Positions 10,195-17,627 of a DNA stretch of 64,000 bases are shown here, one piece after another. The notes under the pieces are model-generated. The model did no database searches, was not told the DNA's origin, and saw nothing but the letters and a program-made list of their open reading frames with translations. This DNA is from Candidatus Eiseniibacteriota bacterium (GTDB lineage: Bacteria; Patescibacteriota; Microgenomatia; Levybacterales; UBA12049). The stretch lies in the NCBI GenBank assembly GCA_035631115.1, contig DASQJJ010000006.1, forward strand, positions 11,551 through 75,550. The letters are read 5' to 3'. Positions within the stretch are counted from its first letter, which is position 1; each line of letters opens with the position of its first letter. The position numbers and the translations under genes were made by a program.

Positions 10195-13100
10195 TTAATA
10201 TTCTAGTAACTGATAATCCTTATCAAAATCAAAAACATATTCATTATTAAGAATAATGCTTGGGTGAGAGTGCTTTATTGCTAAAGATTCGTCAACGTCT
10301 TTGGTCTTTACAACCTTTATCGAATCGTCTCGATATACAAACCATAATCCATCATCAAATCCAACGGGGAAAATCCACGCGTTTCCATATCGCGTTGGCA
10401 TATGAGAAATATACAGCGTTGCATGACTTGGCATATATTCCTTGACTACTCGAAAGTATGCCAACGCACTATATGTTGCAGCACTTGCTTTATTCCACTG
10501 ACTCAATTCACTGGTGATTGCATTTTTTGCATACAGGAAAAATACAATTCCCACCACTGCTATGGCAATTTTTATTGAAAGATTTCTCTGGCCACCGGCA
10601 GGCAGGTTTTTTGCTTTTTGCACTAATGTGCGAAGCAGTGCAATGACAACAAAAACAAATCCCAAAGACCCTAGATAGCTATATCTTTCGCTAAGATTTC
10701 CTAGTCCTAAAAATGGTAAAAGAGCAATAAAGCCAAATAGAAACCCAAACAATACGAATCTCAACAAATCAGTATCTACCTTTTTCCATAATTTATAGCA
10801 GGCAAGTACAACAACCACCAACATACTAACAAGTCCAAGGCCAACCCAAAGTGCATGCATTTTTGCGACCTGCCTTATTGCAAATTGCCATGCAACCACT
10901 TTCTCTCCAATAAAGGATGCAAGGAGATAATTTGTATAATTCGCAATAAAATTTGGAATAAGGTGAGAAAGACTATATGAATAGTCTCCACCAAGTGCCG
11001 CAACATGTGCTGACGAACGAATAAAAAGATATATACCATCAAAAATAATAAATGGTACAAGAGAAATAATTGTATTTTTTGTAAGCTTTTTCTTTAAAAG
11101 GAATACGTCTGTTATAAGAAAAAGTAATGGCAAGACGACTCCCATTTCGTAGGTAAAAAGACCCAACACGCCTAATAAAAGCGACAAAACATATAATGCT
11201 CTTGATTGTTTTTGTCTCCAATATACATACGCAACAAGCGCGTAGACCATAAAAAGCGTTGACCAGCTAATGGACAGGGTGGAAATCCAAAAAAGTACTT
11301 CTGAATGAACTGGCAAAATGAGATAGATTGCTGACAAAGTCCATGCCCAGAGTTTTTTCTTAAAAAGTGCCATTCCCAACAAATAGACTCCAATTCCTAT
11401 AAAGAAATGGACAAAAATTCCAATTGTATGGTACCCAACAGGTTGGAAAGAAAATACTGAGTACATGACAAACATAATAATTTTTGCTAAGGGCCGGTAG
11501 AAAAACCCTTGCGCATCATAAAACCATCGTGCAATATCTCCCGGGTGTGCTGTTGCTCCCCACTTAAGCCAAGTAAAATCATCTGCTACAAAAAAGTTAG
11601 TGAGTCCTCCTCCAAATACAACAAACACAAGAATACAAAGCACTAAGAGAAGGAAAAAATGAGATGACAAAACTTTTCTAAGATTTTGCATATAGACAAC
11701 ACGCTTGGGGAGCGTAAGTGAAAGTCCACCAATAACTACACCCAAAAGTATCCAGAGTGTCTCAGCCACTTTGGACGCCTCAAACACGTCTATAAGTCCG
11801 GCGTTAAGTATAAGGCCCACAACGCCTCCCACTGTTCCCAAGGCAAGATATCTGGTTGTTGGAGAAGTTTCTGGAAGTACTTCTCTGAGAAAAATTGCAA
11901 AAACAATAAATATAAGCGCAAATGTTGCAAAACCTATAAATCCTGATTCGCCAAGAAGACGCAAGTAGTCGTTGTCTGTTGCGAGGGTAATTGTTGAATA
12001 ACCTTTTCCAAAAGGAGGATCTGTCATAAATGCAGCCCAAGCATTAGGCCATTCAGCCTGAAAACGAGTAGTAAATGAAATGTCATAGACCAGTGCTTTT
12101 TGGGTAAGAAAATTCCCCGACACTGTTGAAATCTCGAGTCCTCCATTGGCAAGCTTAAGTCGCTGAGCCTCAGAAGTACGTATGGGACTTCTTATGTATG
12201 CATTTGTTGTTGCAACTGCTGTTTGGGAAAATGTAATAAAACTAGACCCTGTTGGAAGATTTTGTGTGGGAGGAGGTGCCTCAACAACAACTGAATCATT
12301 TTTGGAAATTTTCTTTTTAAGACTATCTGGTAAATTATTCTCTGCAAGACCAACAACTCTTCCCTGATTATCTGTGATAACACTAACAACTCGGAAAGTC
12401 TCCAGGAAACGCTTTGCCGTAGACCCTGAGAAAATAAGAAGAAACGCAATGCTTAAGAGTACCACTGGAAGAAGAAGTTTCTTTTTTTTCATGAGTATAA
12501 GAGAAACAGTCGCACCAACTAAATATGCACTAAAAGATACGCGAGACGCAGTGAAAAGAAGAAGCATAAGTGAGGTAATAAATAAAATTCCAACACCAAT
12601 CTTTGCTGCGACTTTTTTTACTAATACAAAAATACCAAGAAGCACGGGCAACATAACTACCAAAAACGCTGCTAAATCATAATGTCCTCCAAATGTTGAG
12701 GTAATTCGTGCTTCCTGAGGCAGACATAACGCTAAGCCTTTTGCAAATTCCTCGTTACCTGTTTGGAAAGATGGAAAACAATATGAGAAATGCTCAAAAA
12801 ATTTAGGGAATATACCCCACAGCACTAAGTAAAACCGTTGCCCAAATCCGTACAAAACAACGGCAGAAAGCGCAATGCACGTAACAATAATAAAATCCCT
12901 AATGTCCTTTGCACTCCGAATAGTTGAAAAAGCAATAAAGAATAAAATCATATACTCTATTCTTCTTCCATATTCAAGAATTGCTAAATGTGGGAAAAAT
13001 CCAACCAAATGTGGTCCAATAAATACAAGCGAAATAAGAAGAGATATCAATCCAGAAAGCCAGTAGATAGCAACCGGGATACCTACGGGCAGAGGCAATT

Positions 13101-13296
13101 TTACTTTTCTTCGCAGAAGTTGTACTAACCAAATAATAACAAGAGACGCAATAATAAAATCTTCAAGGCGAATGTACACCCATGTTCGGACGATGTGAAT
13201 ACTAGGAAGCTTTGGATAGAGTTGGACAAATGCAAAAGTGAACAAAACACCAATTTTAAGAATAGTATTATCTAACCACGTTAAGAGCTTTTTCAT
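10195..13296 (-). CDS. fusion protein: O-antigen ligase-like (Wzy_C) N-terminal half + PMT_2/ArnT-like GT-C C-terminal half
   Basis: 1033 aa, >20 predicted TM segments. N-half: ...LFTASRVSFSAYLVGATVSLIL... and GKGYSTITLATDNDYLRLLGESGFIGFATFALIF, which resembles the WaaL/Wzy_C terminal motif. C-half: FVADDFTWLKWG...FYRPLAKIIMFVMYSVFSFQPVGYHTIGIFVHF matches the 34674..36362 protein (QDEWLGSG...DARPLTRLIGVLF...YYGIFLH). Confidence 0.5.
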   Translation of the reverse strand: MKKLLTWLDNTILKIGVLFTFAFVQLYPKLPSIHIVRTWVYIRLEDFIIASLVIIWLVQLLRRKVKLPLPVGIPVAIYWLSGLISLLISLVFIGPHLVGFFPHLAILEYGRRIEYMILFFIAFSTIRSAKDIRDFIIVTCIALSAVVLYGFGQRFYLVLWGIFPKFFEHFSYCFPSFQTGNEEFAKGLALCLPQEARITSTFGGHYDLAAFLVVMLPVLLGIFVLVKKVAAKIGVGILFITSLMLLLFTASRVSFSAYLVGATVSLILMKKKKLLLPVVLLSIAFLLIFSGSTAKRFLETFRVVSVITDNQGRVVGLAENNLPDSLKKKISKNDSVVVEAPPPTQNLPTGSSFITFSQTAVATTNAYIRSPIRTSEAQRLKLANGGLEISTVSGNFLTQKALVYDISFTTRFQAEWPNAWAAFMTDPPFGKGYSTITLATDNDYLRLLGESGFIGFATFALIFIVFAIFLREVLPETSPTTRYLALGTVGGVVGLILNAGLIDVFEASKVAETLWILLGVVIGGLSLTLPKRVVYMQNLRKVLSSHFFLLLVLCILVFVVFGGGLTNFFVADDFTWLKWGATAHPGDIARWFYDAQGFFYRPLAKIIMFVMYSVFSFQPVGYHTIGIFVHFFIGIGVYLLGMALFKKKLWAWTLSAIYLILPVHSEVLFWISTLSISWSTLFMVYALVAYVYWRQKQSRALYVLSLLLGVLGLFTYEMGVVLPLLFLITDVFLLKKKLTKNTIISLVPFIIFDGIYLFIRSSAHVAALGGDYSYSLSHLIPNFIANYTNYLLASFIGEKVVAWQFAIRQVAKMHALWVGLGLVSMLVVVVLACYKLWKKVDTDLLRFVLFGFLFGFIALLPFLGLGNLSERYSYLGSLGFVFVVIALLRTLVQKAKNLPAGGQRNLSIKIAIAVVGIVFFLYAKNAITSELSQWNKASAATYSALAYFRVVKEYMPSHATLYISHMPTRYGNAWIFPVGFDDGLWFVYRDDSIKVVKTKDVDESLAIKHSHPSIILNNEYVFDFDKDYQLLEY

Positions 13297-14242
13297 AAGT
13301 TGACGAAAGATATTCGTTTTTTATTAGCTTTCCTAATAATACCAGAATGCGTGCCTTAGTTTGAAGTAGGAGTTTTACAAGTACTTGCTGTGTTCTACTT
13401 TTATGCTTTTGGTAAAAATAGAGGATTCCCTCATAAATATGAACAATCGCAAAGCTTCTACTACTACTTCCTTGGTCTTTGTGAATAATTTCTATTTCGG
13501 GAAAAGTCCAATTTGTTTTGCCCATTAGGTGCACTCGATAACACAACTCCATATCTTCTGTATACATAAAAATCTTTTCATCAAATCCTTTTAATTTTTC
13601 AAAAAGTACTTTCGTCATCATAAAGCATGCGCCTTTTACCCAATCTACTTGTTGAGGCTTTTGCTCTGTTGTTTTTGCAGAATCCAACCTTTCTTTGCCA
13701 AGAAGCAGTAATAATACTTGGGGTAAGGAATAGAATGCACCAAATGAGTGCTGCATTGTCCCATTTGGATTTTTTAAGACTCCACCCAATACACCAATCT
13801 CCTGATGCTCGCGGAGATAACTCACCATACTTTCTAAGCCTTTCCCAACGACTGTATCGTTGTTGAGAAAAAGCAAATAGTCTCCTTTTGCATGAGCAGC
13901 GCCAAAATTATTTCCTCCACCAAATCCATTATTCTCTTTATGAGAAAGGACATGGACATTTTTATATTTTTCTTTCCTTATTTCTTTCTCAAGAATCTCC
14001 ACCGAATCATCTTGAGAAAAATTATCTACAATAATAAGCTCGAATTCGTCTTTCTCGAAATGTCCCTTATACTCTTTATAAAGAGATTGCATACATACTA
14101 TCGTCAGTAAAGGTTTTTTGTAATTAATCGTAATAATGGATAGATGCATAGAATTAGCGAAACAAAGCAGCTCGACCGAGTTTGTAGGTAAAATTATGAA
14201 GATTTCTTTTTCTAATTTCTTTTGCTGGTACTCCGCCGACAA
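13268..14242 (-). CDS. glycosyltransferase family 2 (GT-A)
   Basis: LSIITINYKKPLLTIVCMQSL...IIVDNFSQDDS; alternative start at Met32 (ATG at 14149..14147) gives a 4-bp spacing to the upstream acetyltransferase stop instead of an 89-bp overlap. Confidence 0.75.
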   Translation of the reverse strand: MSAEYQQKKLEKEIFIILPTNSVELLCFANSMHLSIITINYKKPLLTIVCMQSLYKEYKGHFEKDEFELIIVDNFSQDDSVEILEKEIRKEKYKNVHVLSHKENNGFGGGNNFGAAHAKGDYLLFLNNDTVVGKGLESMVSYLREHQEIGVLGGVLKNPNGTMQHSFGAFYSLPQVLLLLLGKERLDSAKTTEQKPQQVDWVKGACFMMTKVLFEKLKGFDEKIFMYTEDMELCYRVHLMGKTNWTFPEIEIIHKDQGSSSRSFAIVHIYEGILYFYQKHKSRTQQVLVKLLLQTKARILVLLGKLIKNEYLSSTYEKALNVVR

Positions 14243-14747
14243 TAGAATTTTCCTCTACGTCTTTTGTTACAACAGCACCTGCTCCAACTACTGCACCCTT
14301 TGCAATATGGACACCTGGTAAAATTATTGCACGAGGACCAATAAATACATAATCGTCAATGATAACTTCGCCTGTTATTGCTCTAAAATCTTCTCTCTCT
14401 ATATCATGCTGGGCGTTATAAATCATTACCTCACTGGCAATATCTACATGATTTCCAATGGATAATTTTGCTCTTCCATCCAGTACCACATTCTCTCCAA
14501 TAATTGTATCTTCCCCAAGGGACACATTTCTTGTGTCATAAAAAACAGCGCCAATATGAATTGCAGACCCTTTGCCTATTTTTACACCACCAAGACGATA
14601 AAAGAATCGTCTTACATGGTGAGATGGTACATATCCTACAAATCTAACAACCATCATTTCAAATTCTAAATCCATTGCGTCCATACGCCTCAGCAATTTA
14701 ACCACTATTTCTTTTAAAGATAATGTTTTACCGTTTCTGTCTTTCAT
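14154..14747 (-). CDS. hexapeptide-repeat (LbH) sugar O-acetyltransferase
   Basis: 197 aa; tandem hexapeptide repeats IGKGSAIHIGAVFYDTRNVSLGEDTIIGENVVLDG...IGNHVDIASEVMIYN, maltose/galactoside/WcaF-type acetyltransferase fold. Confidence 0.75.
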   Translation of the reverse strand: MKDRNGKTLSLKEIVVKLLRRMDAMDLEFEMMVVRFVGYVPSHHVRRFFYRLGGVKIGKGSAIHIGAVFYDTRNVSLGEDTIIGENVVLDGRAKLSIGNHVDIASEVMIYNAQHDIEREDFRAITGEVIIDDYVFIGPRAIILPGVHIAKGAVVGAGAVVTKDVEENSIVGGVPAKEIRKRNLHNFTYKLGRAALFR

Positions 14748-14782
14748 AATTTTGTTCGGGGTCCTGTCGACTCGTCACCCCT

Positions 14783-15907
14783 CTATGCTTTATTATTGCT
14801 TGCCACTTGTTGTAAAACTTCTAGTGTTTCTTTTGCTGTTTTTTCCCAAGAAAATTTCTTCACCTGCTCAAACCCTTTTTTTACCATTTCCTCTCGTAAT
14901 TTTGGATTGTCTAGTAATTTTTGTATTGCTTTCGTAATCTCATTAACATCTTCTGGGTTAACATAGAGAGCGCCGTCTCCTCCAGCTTCTGGTAACGAAG
15001 AGACATTACTGGTAATAACTGGCGTACCATATTTCATTGCCTCAACAACAGGCAGCCCAAATCCTTCATACAGACTTGGCAAAACAAACATCATTGCATG
15101 CTTATAAAGCGAAGGCAAATCGTCATTGCCTACAAATTCCAAGAATTTTACATCCTCTTCAACTCCAAATTTTTGTGGTGCAGCAAGAATCTCTTCATAT
15201 AACCATCCCTTTTTCCCAACAATCACGAGCTCTATCTTCTTTTCTTCATTATTTTTTAACATACTAAATGCCTCTATGAGTCGTGCAATATTTTTCCTTG
15301 GCTGAAGTGTCCCAACGAATAATATGTAGTTTTCGCCAATCCCAAACTTTTTCTGCATGTCTTTTTTATTAACTGCATTATTCATATTGCTTAATTCATT
15401 TTTTATTCCTGGATACGTTACGACCACCTTTTTTGGATTTTTTTGATACATCTGAATTATATCATTTCTTGATGCATTGCTTATGGTAAAGACACGCGAT
15501 GCATTTTTTACTGAGTACTTCGTCCAGGACGTTAACTGGTACAAATCTCTTCTTGCAAAAAGCTCTGGAAAATGAAGATATGACACATCCATTACGGCAA
15601 TTGCTGTTGGTATTGGGCAAAATCGCGGCGCATAATGAGTCGGTGAAAAAAATACATCTGGACGGGGAAAGTGAGTAAATAAGTATAACGGAAGACCTAT
15701 CTGTGTCCATAGTTTTTTTGGACCAACAAGAACATATTTCCATCCAGGTCTTTGTTTGGGCATATCTTCCCGGGGTGGATGTTTTAAATAAATATGGAAT
15801 TCAATTGAGGCTGTTTTGTAAAACTGGAGAAGCAGCTGATATGCATATTCTCCTATTCCTACTCTATTCTGCTGATTTGCCTCATTTCCATCTATACCAA
15901 TAATCAT
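14783..15907 (-). CDS. glycosyltransferase family 4 (GT-B)
   Basis: full N-domain ([21 protein letters not shown]...VVVTYPGI) and C-domain [38 protein letters not shown]. Confidence 0.8.
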   Translation of the reverse strand: MIIGIDGNEANQQNRVGIGEYAYQLLLQFYKTASIEFHIYLKHPPREDMPKQRPGWKYVLVGPKKLWTQIGLPLYLFTHFPRPDVFFSPTHYAPRFCPIPTAIAVMDVSYLHFPELFARRDLYQLTSWTKYSVKNASRVFTISNASRNDIIQMYQKNPKKVVVTYPGIKNELSNMNNAVNKKDMQKKFGIGENYILFVGTLQPRKNIARLIEAFSMLKNNEEKKIELVIVGKKGWLYEEILAAPQKFGVEEDVKFLEFVGNDDLPSLYKHAMMFVLPSLYEGFGLPVVEAMKYGTPVITSNVSSLPEAGGDGALYVNPEDVNEITKAIQKLLDNPKLREEMVKKGFEQVKKFSWEKTAKETLEVLQQVASNNKA

Positions 15908-15910
15908 ATT

Positions 15911-16441
15911 TTATATTCCAGGATAAATTACCGCTAATCGCTTTTCTGGGATACCCAGTATTTCCATAGCATCTTTTTTTGTTGCTTTCGAGATGCAGAT
16001 AATTCTCTCCACTTCTTTTTTAACCCACTCTAATCTTGCTTTCTGAACTTTCACTATCTTCGCGTCTGTTTCTTGTGGGTATGTGTATACAATCATGTCG
16101 TACAAAATGGTAACTTTCTTTGCTTTGGTTGGAGGCTGTGTCCAATCGGATGAAATAAATACATCTACCGGACCAATAAGCCATTCTATCGGTACAAGAT
16201 GTAGTTTGTTCCAAAGAATATTTAAAAAGGTTGGTGGAAATTTAAAAATTTTAAATTGAACTTTTGAATTTGATTGAAAATTAAAAATTGAAAATTGAAA
16301 ATTTTTCCGCATTGAGGAATAGAAAAGAATATACTCGTTTTCTTTATCCTGTTGAACCAAGTTCTGAACAAGATTAGTAAGGTATGTTGCCACCCCTGTC
16401 CCCTGATAGGCTAGTTGAGAAATATCTATTCCAATTTTCAT
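15911..16441 (-). CDS. GT4 N-terminal-domain-only protein (truncated paralog or remnant); contains heptamer repeat tract
   Basis: 176 aa; MKIGIDISQLAYQGTGVATYLTNL...RLAVIYPGI then stop, 3 bp before the next full GT4 start; low-complexity insert RKNFQFSIFNFQSNSKVQFKIFKF encoded by the 16229..16305 repeat. Confidence 0.5.
   Translation of the reverse strand: MKIGIDISQLAYQGTGVATYLTNLVQNLVQQDKENEYILFYSSMRKNFQFSIFNFQSNSKVQFKIFKFPPTFLNILWNKLHLVPIEWLIGPVDVFISSDWTQPPTKAKKVTILYDMIVYTYPQETDAKIVKVQKARLEWVKKEVERIICISKATKKDAMEILGIPEKRLAVIYPGI
16229..16305. repeat. AT-rich imperfect heptamer tract, (TTGAAAA)-type x4 at 16274..16301, in-frame inside CDS 15911..16441
   Basis: tttgattgaaaattaaaaattgaaaattgaaaatttttcc; about 36/38 identity to the core of the 18466..18526 repeat. 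Confidence 0.8.
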
Positions 16442-16659
16442 ATCTTCTTTTTATTGTGAAGCAAAAAAAGAAAAATTGCCAGAAGTAAGCATATACCACC
16501 ATAGTAGGTAAATCTTTCCGCAGTAAAAAATACCCAGGAAGCAAAAAGCGGCATAGAAATAACTATACATCCTAACCCAGCTGCTACTACATAATAAGGA
16601 TTTCTCTTCCAAAGAAGGAAAGCGAGAAAAATAACAAAGATAATATCCTGAATTTTCAT
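16438..16659 (-). CDS. small two-TM membrane protein (DUF2304-like partner of polyprenol-phosphate GT2)
   Basis: 73 aa, two hydrophobic helices; immediately downstream of and 4-bp overlapping a GtrB-like GT2, the usual context of DUF2304. Confidence 0.35.
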   Translation of the reverse strand: MKIQDIIFVIFLAFLLWKRNPYYVVAAGLGCIVISMPLFASWVFFTAERFTYYGGICLLLAIFLFLLHNKKKI

Positions 16660-17627
16660 GTACCAATAACGATTTCTTCTTTACTTCTTGTATCACTCCT
16701 ATACCTCAAGCGGAAATGTGTTGCATGATCTACGGTAGAAAATCGTGTCATGGTATTAAGAAAAAGATCTGCCAAAAATCCTGCAACAAGCACTTGAAGT
16801 CCTGCCAACAACAAAACTATTCCCAAAAAAAGCAAAGGTCTTGTTCCTATAGAATGTCCAGAGAAATGCACAAAAGAAAGGTAAACCAAAACGATAATGC
16901 CAATAAAAGAGAGAATACCTCCTAGCATACCAAAGAAGTGCAAAGGTCTTCTTCCATACTTTGTTAGGAAAAGCATAGTAAGAATATCTGGTAAATCTTT
17001 CCACAATTTCGAAAATCCATACTTTGATTTACCATATGCCCTTTCGCTATGGGCAACAGCAACCTCTGTAACAATAAATCCTTCTCCAAAAACAAGGAGT
17101 GGAATAAAGCGATGCATTCCTCCATATAGACGAAGACTCTTTGCTGCATCACTTGTGTAGAGTTTAAGACCACAATTGTAGTCGTGAAGTTGCAATCCCC
17201 AAAAAATGCTTGCAAAAAAATTAAATAACCTTGATGAAACCACTTTTTGTATTGGATCTTTTCTTTTTTTTCTCCATCCACAGACAAGGTCGTATCCTTC
17301 TCTTGCTTTTTTATAGAGTGTTTGGATTTCCTCTGGTCTATCTTGTAAATCCGCATCGAGAGTAACAATATATTCTCCTTTTGCCATTTGAAATCCAAGC
17401 GTTAATGCTTCTGATTTTCCCTGATTTTTCCTAAAGGAAAAGAGTTTTATTTTTTTATCTCTCTGAGTCATTTTCTTAAGAAAATCAAGACTTCCATCTG
17501 TAGACCCATCATCAATGAAAAGTATTTCGTATTGCTTGTCTAGTTTCTGCAGGGCTTTTTGCAATTCTGGAAGAAAGTGGGGCAGACTCTCGTATTCATT
17601 AAAAACAGGAATAACTGCACTAATCAT
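16656..17627 (-). CDS. polyprenol-phosphate sugar synthase (GtrB/ArnC/DPM1-like GT2 with C-terminal TM pair)
   Basis: MISAVIPVFNEYESLPHFLPEL...YEILFIDDGSTDGS...VTLDADLQDRPEEI...CGWRKKRKD plus two C-terminal TM helices (LHFFGMLGGILSFIGIIVLVYL / LLFLGIVLLLAGLQVLVAGFLADLF). Confidence 0.75.
   Translation of the reverse strand: MISAVIPVFNEYESLPHFLPELQKALQKLDKQYEILFIDDGSTDGSLDFLKKMTQRDKKIKLFSFRKNQGKSEALTLGFQMAKGEYIVTLDADLQDRPEEIQTLYKKAREGYDLVCGWRKKRKDPIQKVVSSRLFNFFASIFWGLQLHDYNCGLKLYTSDAAKSLRLYGGMHRFIPLLVFGEGFIVTEVAVAHSERAYGKSKYGFSKLWKDLPDILTMLFLTKYGRRPLHFFGMLGGILSFIGIIVLVYLSFVHFSGHSIGTRPLLFLGIVLLLAGLQVLVAGFLADLFLNTMTRFSTVDHATHFRLRYRSDTRSKEEIVIGT

Noticed and set aside
16229-16305. Possibility that the heptamer repeat tracts are a CRISPR array or minisatellite
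   Set aside because: Units are 7 bp with no spacers, only ~4 copies per site. They lie inside ORFs in frame; there are no cas genes. They are better described as short SSR/dispersed-repeat tracts (reported as findings instead).
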